Shown here: one piece after another, positions 9,225 to 17,593 of the stretch
Layout of the letters: each line of letters starts with the position of its first letter
Numbering within the stretch: the stretch's first letter is position 1
Source of the DNA: a virus
Virus record (IMG/VR): IMGVR_UViG_3300037882_002241
Span: 3,803-67,802 of that record
Length of the DNA: 64,000 bases
Strand: one strand, 5' to 3'
Translations under genes and position numbers: made by a program
The notes under the pieces: model-generated
Seen by the model: only the letters and a program-made list of their open reading frames with translations
Database searches by the model: none
What the model was told of the DNA's origin: nothing

Positions 9225-10207
9225 ATAAGGCAATCTGTAACATCTTTTAAATTCCCCATTGTTTCATTAAATTCAATATCTTCTTTTTCTTGGCGTAATT
9301 TTTCCATTACACCCCCGACCCCTACATGGACTTTCTTCTCTTCTCGCATAACTGATACTTTTTCATAAGTTAACTTCCAGTCCTCTTGATTAAGCCAAGT
9401 TGGCATCATTTTGATAAAGCGTCTTTCCTTACTAGAAGCCCTACAATGAGCCTCAAAAGCCACCGCCCCTGCTAGGATAGCCTCAAAGCTCTCCTTGCCC
9501 TGTAGCGCCCGTTTTAAAGCCGCTGTACACATTTTCTTGTTATGGCTAACGTCACGCTTTGGATACGCCTGCTTTAAAAGCTCATATTGTTCTTCAAGAA
9601 TAACTTCTTTAGGTTTTTTATATTCAGTGACGGATTGATTTTGAACTGTCAAATTTCCTTTTACAGTTGAATTATTTTCTAGTTTGTAAGCAACTACACT
9701 ACCATCTTCATTTTCTACAATTTTACCAATAGGTTTATCAAAAGCATATTTCTCAAACATAGGTATAGAGTTATAACCTTTGTTATTTATATATATATCT
9801 TTATCTTTATCTTTTATATTATCTTTTTCTTTTTCTTTTGGTGAACGTGGCGTTAACGTGACGTTTTCGTTACGTGACTTTTCTAACCTTGCTGCAGTAG
9901 CTGCTTGCGTTCTATTCTGTGACTTATTGTAAGATTCAACAGCATTATCATATGCCTGCTTAAATAAAGGCAAAAACCTACCTTTATCATCTGTAATAGA
10001 TTTTCTTAATAATCTTTTCTCATATTTTAACCATTCATCGTCGGTTAAACCTAGTGTAAATGCTATATCCTCATTGCTTGGTAAATAACCCTCATTACGC
10101 AATGAATGAATTTCTAGGTCACCAATAAAACCACGTTCAACGCGCGTATATGGCTCTAAAAACATCTGTCTTTCATCGATGTCTATTTGGAAATACTTTA
10201 ACTTCAT
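9203..10207 (-). CDS. Replication initiator (YdaU/DUF1376-like N-terminus, DnaT-like C-terminus)
   Basis: N-terminal FLEPYTRVERG..L domain, Lys/Asp-rich linker, C-terminal AYPKR...FIKMMPTWLNQEDW. Confidence 0.75.
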   Translation of the reverse strand: MKLKYFQIDIDERQMFLEPYTRVERGFIGDLEIHSLRNEGYLPSNEDIAFTLGLTDDEWLKYEKRLLRKSITDDKGRFLPLFKQAYDNAVESYNKSQNRTQAATAARLEKSRNENVTLTPRSPKEKEKDNIKDKDKDIYINNKGYNSIPMFEKYAFDKPIGKIVENEDGSVVAYKLENNSTVKGNLTVQNQSVTEYKKPKEVILEEQYELLKQAYPKRDVSHNKKMCTAALKRALQGKESFEAILAGAVAFEAHCRASSKERRFIKMMPTWLNQEDWKLTYEKVSVMREEKKVHVGVGGVMEKLRQEKEDIEFNETMGNLKDVTDCLISRNARL

Positions 10208-10743
10208 TGTGAAACCCAATCTTCTAATAGTTTAGCTCCTTTAGAGCGGTTACAGGTTATACAAGCAGTTGTTAGGTTTGTGAGACTATTATCTCCACCT
10301 CTTGAAACTGGGTGTATATGGTCGCACTCTAATTTCTTAGATTGTTCACCACAGTAAGTGCATGTAAAATTGTCTCTTTCAAAAACGAATTCCCTAATTA
10401 TATTCCAGTCACTAGGAACATACCTATCACCATTAAATGGAACACCACGGCATCTTGAAAGATAATTTTTTAAAGCTAAATCATAAGCATCTTTATAAAA
10501 TGAGAAAAACATACCATTTTCATCTTTTTTTACAAATCTTAAAATATTTTTAGAATATTTAAGCCATTCATCATCTGTTAACCCAACAAGAAAAGCTATA
10601 TCTTCTAATTTTGGTAAATACCCTTCATTCTCCATTGAGAAACACTCTAAATCAGTTAGAATGCCCCGCTCAAAACGACTGTATGGTCTTAGAAAAGACA
10701 TCCTAGCTGAATTACTAAATGTTATGTAATCAATTTTTTTCAT
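10204..10743 (-). CDS. HNH endonuclease fused to a copy of the initiator N-terminal domain
   Basis: RDNFTCTYCG...ECDHIHPVSRGG..NL..ACITCNRSKG; N-terminus shares NEGYLP..EDIAF..GLTDDEWLKY with downstream gene. Confidence 0.85.
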   Translation of the reverse strand: MKKIDYITFSNSARMSFLRPYSRFERGILTDLECFSMENEGYLPKLEDIAFLVGLTDDEWLKYSKNILRFVKKDENGMFFSFYKDAYDLALKNYLSRCRGVPFNGDRYVPSDWNIIREFVFERDNFTCTYCGEQSKKLECDHIHPVSRGGDNSLTNLTTACITCNRSKGAKLLEDWVSQ

Positions 10744-10865
10744 ACAAAAAGCCCTTTCAAAGAGTGGCTAAATTTAATTAAGTTAAGTGCGGAAAACCTA
10801 ATACAGAATTTTAACCACCCTATGAAAGGGCTTTATAATTTTATTCTGTAATAGGTATTCCGCTA
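10744..10865 (-). promoter_or_regulatory. Structured leader (a-b-a'-b' pseudoknot/terminator)
   Basis: GCGGAATACCTATTACAGAAT pairs ATTCTGTATTAGGTTTTCCGC; AAAGCCCTTTCATAGGGTGG pairs CCACTCTTTGAAAGGGCTTT, then U-run and ATG. Confidence 0.7.
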
Positions 10866-10894
10866 TTCCTTTTTATTACAGATTATGTTTAATG

Positions 10895-11149
10895 TCAATG
10901 ATTATTTAATAAAATTCTTTCTAAATTTAAATCCTGCATATCATGCAAGCTTACAACCCTAATATAATCTATAGGTGATTGTTCAAAGTCCCAAAATAAG
11001 CCCATCTTCCAAGTATATATATCTGGCTTTTTAGGTGGAATCTCTACTTCACCAGCTAAACCATTATAATATTCATTAAATGCAATTTTAATGTAAGCAC
11101 CAGTGTCTAAACAATAATAAACATCATTTTCTTTAAATTTATATTTCAA
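10895..11149 (-). CDS. Hypothetical protein
   Basis: TTG start after AGGAG. Confidence 0.55.
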   Translation of the reverse strand: MKYKFKENDVYYCLDTGAYIKIAFNEYYNGLAGEVEIPPKKPDIYTWKMGLFWDFEQSPIDYIRVVSLHDMQDLNLERILLNNH

Positions 11150-11164
11150 TTTAATCTCCTTTAA

Positions 11165-11401
11165 TTATGGCTTAATGTTTAAACATAATTCATTTCTTTT
11201 AAAAGCCCAATCAAAGCGCGAATATTCAAGTTTATTGCCTGTGAGATGGCACTCGATATGCGGAAAATAACCAGTGTTATCAGTGTTATACATAAACTTG
11301 CAATCACCACACTCACTCTTTATCTCATAATGAACGTCTATACTATCTATTATTTTATTAATAGCAGTTACTTGTTTTTCTGTGAAATCACTACTTGTCA
11401 T
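11165..11401 (-). CDS. Small Cys-rich protein, paralogue family member 4
   Basis: ECGDC...CHLTG...RNELC. Confidence 0.55.
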   Translation of the reverse strand: MTSSDFTEKQVTAINKIIDSIDVHYEIKSECGDCKFMYNTDNTGYFPHIECHLTGNKLEYSRFDWAFKRNELCLNIKP

Positions 11402-11688
11402 TTTAACACTCCAATCGTATCATCTAACCCTATTTTATCACGGCTAATTTTAATAATAGCTAATTGTGTTTTTAAACTAGCATTAAGTGGACGGAAAAAC
11501 CTACATTTACGTTGCCGTGAAGCTGGGTCTGTATCCTTGTTGTTGTTAAGATAGTCTTGTGACGCTTTTTCATATTTTAACGTCACAAAATCTTTCATTA
11601 AATCAAGGGCAAGTAATTGTATATCACGTGCATCTTGAATGCCAAACTTTAACTCTATGGCTTTAATTAGTGCTTGCTCGTATTTCAC
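11398..11688 (-). CDS. Hypothetical protein
   Basis: Coupled ORF. Confidence 0.5.
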   Translation of the reverse strand: MKYEQALIKAIELKFGIQDARDIQLLALDLMKDFVTLKYEKASQDYLNNNKDTDPASRQRKCRFFRPLNASLKTQLAIIKISRDKIGLDDTIGVLK

Positions 11689-11951
11689 TTCGTTAAACCT
11701 TCAAATATATCAAGTGGAATAGCAAATTTAAATACGTCTAATTCATCATCAAAAAAATTACCATTATGAGTGTGAAAAAACTTATCTGAACCTGCAAAAT
11801 AACAGAACTCACCTAACCGCCAGTCATTGCCGCCATAATTAAATAGATATTTAACGCCTTCACGCGCGTTTTTAATATTATAGCTATCTTCGTCATAATA
11901 TTCTATTGTGACAAGGTCTTTCGTTAGGAATTTGTGTAAAAGTTTAATCAT
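11685..11951 (-). CDS. Hypothetical protein
   Basis: Coupled ORF. Confidence 0.55.
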   Translation of the reverse strand: MIKLLHKFLTKDLVTIEYYDEDSYNIKNAREGVKYLFNYGGNDWRLGEFCYFAGSDKFFHTHNGNFFDDELDVFKFAIPLDIFEGLTK

Positions 11952-12193
11952 AGCTTTAAGTCACTTTTTAAAAAATCTTTATTTAAATTATAAGTATGAT
12001 TATTAAACAACCACTCTTGCATAGTTTTTTTATCAACTACTTTTCCAGCAGTATTTTCACTACCAACAGATGAAATAACATAATAGTTATCACCTTGTTT
12101 TTGTATATTTAAAATCGTGTGGTAAGGAATATAACTAGTGTCCGTTACAATAGGTAAATTGTATTGGTTATTCATATTTAAAATCCTTTTCAA
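11948..12193 (-). CDS. Hypothetical protein
   Basis: IPYHTI..I motif resembles IPYHSIQSI in 25080-25325. Confidence 0.5.
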   Translation of the reverse strand: MKRILNMNNQYNLPIVTDTSYIPYHTILNIQKQGDNYYVISSVGSENTAGKVVDKKTMQEWLFNNHTYNLNKDFLKSDLKL

Positions 12194-12536
12194 CGTTTAA
12201 AAGTTCTTGTGCGATTACATCTAAATCATTCATAAACTTCTTAAAACCACAATCAAATGTTCTTGTCACGCTAATACTGAATGAAGGTGACACTTGAGAT
12301 AAATTTGGACTAACTTTAATTCCTAAAACAGTAAAGTCAGATGTGTCTATATATCTGTTAATTGATAAGAATGAACCTATATTGCTATGATAACTAGTTA
12401 AAATTTTACCAGCTAATTTATAGCTTATATTAAGCTGCAAGTTACTATCTTTAATAACTTGCTCATAGTTACCATTTTCATAATATGCCATTAAATCACG
12501 CATTTTATGAAATATTTTTAAGTATTTTTCAATCAT
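12168..12536 (-). CDS. Hypothetical protein
   Basis: 122 aa ORF with RBS. Confidence 0.55.
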   Translation of the reverse strand: MIEKYLKIFHKMRDLMAYYENGNYEQVIKDSNLQLNISYKLAGKILTSYHSNIGSFLSINRYIDTSDFTVLGIKVSPNLSQVSPSFSISVTRTFDCGFKKFMNDLDVIAQELLNVEKDFKYE

Positions 12537-12547
12537 TTTTTACCCCC

Positions 12548-12724
12548 TTAATTGCTAATGCCAAGGTAACGGTTAGCTTCCATGTTAAATTTAAAGTCTT
12601 CACATTGCTTTAAATGTTCAATCTCTTCAATGCGCTCATTTTCTGTCAAAGTGGTTAATGATAATCTAGCGCGTGATACGTTTATGAGGCTGTTGATTTC
12701 AGTTAGTGCTTGTTTATAGGTCAT
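12548..12724 (-). CDS. Small hypothetical protein (58 aa, MTYKQALTEI...)
   Basis: Below ORF-track cut-off; directly behind promoter/GGAG RBS copy. Confidence 0.6.
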   Translation of the reverse strand: MTYKQALTEINSLINVSRARLSLTTLTENERIEEIEHLKQCEDFKFNMEANRYLGISN

Positions 12725-12725
12725 T

Positions 12726-12784
12726 TTTTTCTCCGTTGTTAAGCTAGATATATCATTTTATTTCAAGCTGTCAATAGTTATTTT
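12726..12784 (-). promoter_or_regulatory. Early promoter/RBS module, copy 1 of a 59-bp direct repeat
   Basis: AACTATTGACAG...TATATCTAGCTTAACAACGGAG; one mismatch to 13471-13529. Confidence 0.85.
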
Positions 12785-12993
12785 TAACACGCATAATTAA
12801 TTAAATAGTAAATTAACACAAAAAAAACGATTAAATATCCAATAGATAATGTGCAATACAACGCTGAAAATGAATCATGCATATCATTATATCTATCAAA
12901 GCCTAGCGCGATAAGCCTTAATCCAATACCAATAATAACTAACATATCAGTTACTAGCATTGTGTTTAAAAATAACGTCATTTTTTTCTCCAA
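12784..12993 (-). CDS. Small two-TM membrane protein
   Basis: Two hydrophobic helices. Confidence 0.5.
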   Translation of the reverse strand: MEKKMTLFLNTMLVTDMLVIIGIGLRLIALGFDRYNDMHDSFSALYCTLSIGYLIVFFVLIYYLINYAC

Positions 12994-13468
12994 ATTTAAT
13001 TTTTATCATTTCAATCCACATCTTATATATTTTGCCATGAATGTTGTCACCGTGTGTGACACCAACTGATTTGGTGAACTCTTGTAAGCCCCCCCAAAAG
13101 CAACCTGACCTAATAAATATTCCATTTTCGGTGTGCCAAGCTTGCGACGTTGAATTTCTTGAACCAGCGTATCCTAATAAAAATGGTGAGCCATAAAAAA
13201 CAATACCTTGAATTTTACACCGCTCACCAAAGACGCACCGCTCACCAAAGCTACACCCCTCACCAAAGACGCACCGCTCACCAAAGACGCACCGCTCACC
13301 AAAGCTACACCCCTGACCAAAGTTGCACCGCTCACCAAAGACGCACCGCTCACCAAAGCTACACCGCCCACCAAAGCTTTTTATTTTTCTGTAATCACCA
13401 GTAGGGCATATGCGCCGTCCGCCTATAATCTCGAAATCATCAAATTCGCACTGTTCATATTTTTTCAT
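12947..13468 (-). CDS. Hexapeptide-repeat protein (FGERC(V/S) repeats)
   Basis: ICPTGDY N-terminus, about 9 FG(E/Q)xC repeats, C-terminal IRSGCFWG..EF domain. Confidence 0.75.
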   Translation of the reverse strand: MKKYEQCEFDDFEIIGGRRICPTGDYRKIKSFGGRCSFGERCVFGERCNFGQGCSFGERCVFGERCVFGEGCSFGERCVFGERCKIQGIVFYGSPFLLGYAGSRNSTSQAWHTENGIFIRSGCFWGGLQEFTKSVGVTHGDNIHGKIYKMWIEMIKIKFGEKNDVIFKHNASN

Positions 13469-13470
13469 TG

Positions 13471-13529
13471 TTTTTCTCAGTTGTTAAGCTAGATATATCA
13501 TTTTATTTCAAGCTGTCAATAGTTATTTT
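13471..13529 (-). promoter_or_regulatory. Early promoter/RBS module, copy 2 of 59-bp direct repeat
   Basis: Near-identical to 12726-12784. Confidence 0.85.
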
Positions 13530-14029
13530 GCCTAATTTACAGTTTATTTCAAATGTGCCTATTTTATTATGTCATTTAATTTGAAAGTGTTTTGCATTTT
13601 TGTTGATAATCAATCATTAACTTTAAGCCTATGATTATTATATATATTTACACATTATCAAAATTTATTTGAAAGTGTTTTTACTTTTCGTGCATAATAA
13701 AAGTGAAAAAATGTGTTATGTTTGTTTTGCCTGACTAGCCAGCCCGAACGTCCGAGAAACTAACGAGGTTTATTACCGAAAAGTTTTGAAAACATGGGAG
13801 GTTAGTCAACAAGTAATGTTTATATATATATCTTGTTGACTAGCCTTTTCCCTCTCATCCTCAAAATCTTCAAGGTTTATTACTGCTTAAGATTAGGTAT
13901 ATACTAGAAGAATTAGAGTTAAGATAACTAAGTACTTCTCTAAAAAAAACTCCCAAAAAACAAAATAATCATTGACAGATTTAAAAAAATGCCGTAAACA
14001 TAATTGAGCGTTTAACGCTTTCTGTTGTT

Positions 14030-14080
14030 GAGCCTCACGAAGCTAGTCAGTCAGTTTTATTCGTGAGGCTCTTCTTTTTC
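14030..14080 (+). terminator. Hairpin plus pyrimidine tail upstream of 14091 ORF
   Basis: GAGCCTCACGAA / TTCGTGAGGCTC 12-bp stem then TTCTTTTT. Confidence 0.65.
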
Positions 14081-14090
14081 AAGGCTAACC

Positions 14091-14327
14091 ATGTCAAACA
14101 TCAAAAACAAGATTCACCCACAAAGGCTTGATTTTCAAAGTAACTGGCTTGATTTAAGGTTTGGTGATAATGTTTTGTTTGTGCTTAAAAACACATATGT
14201 TAATGGTGAAATCACTGAAAATAAATATGGCAAATTGCAGGTACACGTTGGCAACCAATTTTGGGCGTTGAGCTTACTTGAAAACTTTGGCTGCAAATTT
14301 GTGCTGTTGCCGAAATTAAATAGTTGA
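14091..14327 (+). CDS. Hypothetical protein
   Basis: 78 aa ORF upstream of antirepressor. Confidence 0.5.
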   Translation: MSNIKNKIHPQRLDFQSNWLDLRFGDNVLFVLKNTYVNGEITENKYGKLQVHVGNQFWALSLLENFGCKFVLLPKLNS

Positions 14328-14356
14328 AAGTTTTTTAAAAATGCGATATGTTTTTC

Positions 14357-14448
14357 TTGCCTAGGATTAAAACATTTTGCAAAATTTTAGTCTTTAAGTG
14401 AGCAGGTTCCTAGGCAAAATGTGCCTGCTCTCTTAAGGACTTTTTTTT
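14357..14448 (+). promoter_or_regulatory. Structured leader (a-b-a'-b' pseudoknot/terminator)
   Basis: TTGCCTAGGA/TCCTAGGCAA and AGTCTTTAAGTGAGCAGG/CCTGCTCTCTTAAGGACT, then T-run. Confidence 0.75.
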
Positions 14449-14458
14449 GGAAAAAACC

Positions 14459-15289
14459 ATGAACGAATTAATTGAAAATAACAAAACACACCCGAATGAT
14501 TTCAAAGTTACGTTTGATAAAATTATTGAAAAAATGTTTAATGGTAACCCGATTAGAACTGCTTTTATAGGTGGTGCTTATTGGTTTGTTGCGTTAGATG
14601 TTTGTAAAATTTTAGAAATTATTAATGCGCGTCATGCCGTTTCAAGATTAGATGATGACGAAAAGGGGGTAGTTTTAAACTACACCCTTGGAGGCTCTCA
14701 AGATATGACAATTATTAATGAGAGTGGTCTTTATAATCTTGTGCTATCTTCAAGAAAAACTGTTGCTAAGGAATTTAAGCAATTTGTGACGAAAGAGCTT
14801 ATCCCCGCTTTGCGAAAAGGTGAATTAGAAGCTAAACAACCCGTCCAACAATTTGAAATTCCACAAACATTAGGAGACGCACTCTTATTGGCTGGTAAAC
14901 TAGCAAAAGAGAATGAAGCGCAAGCCCTTATTATCAAAGAGCAAGCCCCAAAGGTCGAATATGCTAACGCTGTTTTAAACTGCAAGCAATCAATCCAGTT
15001 GGGTGCTTTTTGCAAGCAAGTTGGATTAGGCAGAAACAAGTTAATGCAATTAATGCGAGACGACAAAATTCTTATTGCTGGCGGAGTGCTTTACAATACA
15101 CCATATCAACAATTTATCGACGCTGGCTATTTTGAAGTCGAAAAATCAGTGTCTAGGAATATGCTACACCAAGGTTTAACAACATACATTACAGGCAAGG
15201 GTGAAATGTGGCTATGCAAGCGGTTAGGTTTAAAAAATAAAAATGACGCTATTGATGGTCAAGAACGTGAAATTTTAAAAATCGCATAA
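14459..15289 (+). CDS. Phage antirepressor (Bro-N + KilA-C/ANT)
   Basis: WFVALDVCKIL...TLGGSQ...INESGLYNLV; PQTLGDALLLA...APKVEY; PYQQFIDAGYF...ITGKG. Confidence 0.9.
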   Translation: MNELIENNKTHPNDFKVTFDKIIEKMFNGNPIRTAFIGGAYWFVALDVCKILEIINARHAVSRLDDDEKGVVLNYTLGGSQDMTIINESGLYNLVLSSRKTVAKEFKQFVTKELIPALRKGELEAKQPVQQFEIPQTLGDALLLAGKLAKENEAQALIIKEQAPKVEYANAVLNCKQSIQLGAFCKQVGLGRNKLMQLMRDDKILIAGGVLYNTPYQQFIDAGYFEVEKSVSRNMLHQGLTTYITGKGEMWLCKRLGLKNKNDAIDGQEREILKIA

Positions 15290-15503
15290 TAGTTATTGAC
15301 AGATTGTTATAATCCTGCTATTCAACAATAGAGATTAACGAGTGCCTTTTTCTTGTGGTCTTGACTTGTTTAATTAAAGTAAACATGTGGAAAAACTCCT
15401 ATAATTACACAAAACACACTCTCATGAAGTAAATTAGGCGCAAGAGAAGTGGGTTTTGTTTTAAACTTAAAATAGCAATAGAAGATTTAAGGGAGTTGAT
15501 AAA

Positions 15504-15710
15504 ATGTTAAACATACAAAACTTCTTATTTTTAACTGTTATTTTTGTTTTATTATTTATTGGTTTTTTAGGTTTTATATTAGAACCAACTGTTAATGATG
15601 AAAACACCAAGCGTGATAAGTATAGACAGGAATTTAAAGAAGCTTGCTTAAAAGTTGGTGGTCATCCAGTTTTAGGCTATTACAATCAACATAGTGTGTG
15701 TATTAAGTAA
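15504..15710 (+). CDS. Small membrane-anchored protein
   Basis: N-terminal TM, C-terminal C..VGG.....C. Confidence 0.55.
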   Translation: MLNIQNFLFLTVIFVLLFIGFLGFILEPTVNDENTKRDKYRQEFKEACLKVGGHPVLGYYNQHSVCIK

Positions 15711-15763
15711 GGATTGATGAAATGTTATATTCTTAATTTGTGACGTATTTTTCAGAATATGCG

Positions 15764-16264
15764 TCACAGCTTATTTAATAGCTTATTTTTCTTTTTATCT
15801 TTTAATTCTGTAGTTATTAAATCAAAAACGAAAAAATCAGTTGTTACAATAACTTGAACGAATTGTTCATCACTTCTGCTAACGTAAAATTCACGCTGCA
15901 AGTTGTCATTTTTAATAATACACGCCGTTTGCATTAAATCAAATAACGGTTTTATTAAATTATCACCATCAGCTAGAACGTATAGTTTAGGCAATATAAA
16001 AACAGTATAAAACTCACTTGTAATAGCTATATTTTCGGGAGTGTAAACATTAATACGGTAATGGTTTTCTCTTATCCACGCACCATATTTACCAGTCTTG
16101 GCACGTCCTTTGAAAGGCACGTTATAAGTAGAAGAATTAACACTAGGAGGTTTTGTGCAAAAAAATGTTAAAGCTTTACCGTTGTAAATTTTAGTTAGCG
16201 ATTTACTTAATGCTGTCAAAATTACAATTCTTTTCCGACACAAAGAATGCCAACAGCTAAACAA
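15764..16264 (-). CDS. rusA: RusA-like Holliday junction resolvase
   Basis: PPSVNS and DGDNLIKPLFDLM...IIKND motifs; true start probably downstream of 16264. Confidence 0.75.
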   Translation of the reverse strand: MFSCWHSLCRKRIVILTALSKSLTKIYNGKALTFFCTKPPSVNSSTYNVPFKGRAKTGKYGAWIRENHYRINVYTPENIAITSEFYTVFILPKLYVLADGDNLIKPLFDLMQTACIIKNDNLQREFYVSRSDEQFVQVIVTTDFFVFDLITTELKDKKKNKLLNKL

Positions 16265-16355
16265 AAACCAGAACTTCCTGAACCTAAGATACTAGGTATT
16301 CCATTAAATTCAATAATAAAACCTAAAATTGACGATAATAAACACAAAATACCGA

Positions 16356-16550
16356 TTAACATTTTATTACTCCTGTAACTGGAATTTCAATAGCTAATTC
16401 ACCATCGCGGACTTGCTCTAGTGTTTTTAAAATTGCATTAAGTTTTTTGATAAACTCCAAATGTTCTTTACACATAAAGCTAAGTCTTGCAACTTGATTT
16501 GCATCTTTAATTAATTCTTTGACAAGCTCTATTTGCTCGTTTATTGTCAT
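16356..16550 (-). CDS. Hypothetical protein
   Basis: 64 aa ORF with GGGAG RBS. Confidence 0.55.
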   Translation of the reverse strand: MTINEQIELVKELIKDANQVARLSFMCKEHLEFIKKLNAILKTLEQVRDGELAIEIPVTGVIKC

Positions 16551-16569
16551 TGTTGCTCTCCCATTTTTT

Positions 16570-16644
16570 TGGCATAGGTTAACAGATTTGAACTGTTACT
16601 TTAGGTTTTGGAGACCCACGTGCTACCATTAACACCAAACCCAC
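16570..16644 (-). tRNA. tRNA-Trp (CCA)
   Basis: GTGGGTT...GGT-CTCCAAA-ACC...GTTCAAATC...AACCTATGCCA cloverleaf with encoded CCA. Confidence 0.8.
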
Positions 16645-16869
16645 TAATTTAACCACGTGGCAAGCTTAACATTCATCTTGCATTTTCACACCCTTTGCTT
16701 TGATTTTGCCTGCAACGGTTACTTTTAAAGTGAGGTTTTGTTTAAACTACACGTGAATTACAATTTACTATGGCGTTAAGCGTCAACTCATAAACCATAG
16801 TAAAGCCTTGTTAGTTAATCCAACAAGGCAAACTGATAGGGGAGTGAACCCCAAGCTCTATACGCAATA

Positions 16870-17100
16870 CTAGATAGAGATATTCTTTTTTACACTGCAC
16901 CAATAGTCATACTGGTCACGATAAGTAACAAGCCCGTTAGTTGCAAGTTCTATTTTTTCCATGTTATCATCATTAGGCATACGTATTTTTTTAGTATCTG
17001 TTGCACACCAACGCCAAATGCACGAAAAATCAACCCCAATATCTCTTGAGAGTGCGCTTTGGTTCGGTTTGTGTGTTTCAATATATTCTTTTAAATTCAT
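16870..17100 (-). CDS. Cro-like HTH regulator
   Basis: MNLKEYI...QSALSRDIGV...IWRW...P...KIELATNGLVT..D pattern of Cro/YdaS-like proteins; divergent promoters 17100-17230. Confidence 0.75.
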   Translation of the reverse strand: MNLKEYIETHKPNQSALSRDIGVDFSCIWRWCATDTKKIRMPNDDNMEKIELATNGLVTYRDQYDYWCSVKKNISI

Positions 17101-17194
17101 GCTTATGATATAGTGCGTATTATAACCATTGTCAATAGATATTTATTGACTCAATGAAGTTTTTTTAAATTATTTTTTTTGTAAAACACAAAAT

Positions 17195-17245
17195 AACTAT
17201 TGACAGATTGACAATTTAGTCTATATTAAATTTAACAACGGAGAG
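17195..17245 (+). promoter_or_regulatory. Rightward early promoter/RBS module
   Basis: AACTATTGACAG-N-TATATT...AACAACGGAG. Confidence 0.75.
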
Positions 17246-17251
17246 AATACA

Positions 17252-17593
17252 ATGAACGAGCAAGCTTTAATAGAAAAATGTCTAAAAAACGCAATTTCAA
17301 ATATCACCTGTGATACAGGGCGTTATTACGACCCATCACTTAATCTTGCGACAAATGCAATGAGGCTGGTAAAAGACATTAAGCGGCTTTTTGAAAACCA
17401 GCTACATTCACTTCTTTTTGCACAAAATGTTGTTGTCCCGAACAATTTTCAGCCTACTTTGTCACAACTTTTAAAGGCTGCATGGGCTGCAATTAAGAAA
17501 ATTTCATCTTGGAAAATCAATCATAGTGAAAAACGTCAATCTTATGTAAATTGGTTGAATGAGCGAAATATTACAGCTAATGGAGGTTTATAA
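17252..17593 (+). CDS. Hypothetical protein
   Basis: First ORF of rightward operon. Confidence 0.6.
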   Translation: MNEQALIEKCLKNAISNITCDTGRYYDPSLNLATNAMRLVKDIKRLFENQLHSLLFAQNVVVPNNFQPTLSQLLKAAWAAIKKISSWKINHSEKRQSYVNWLNERNITANGGL

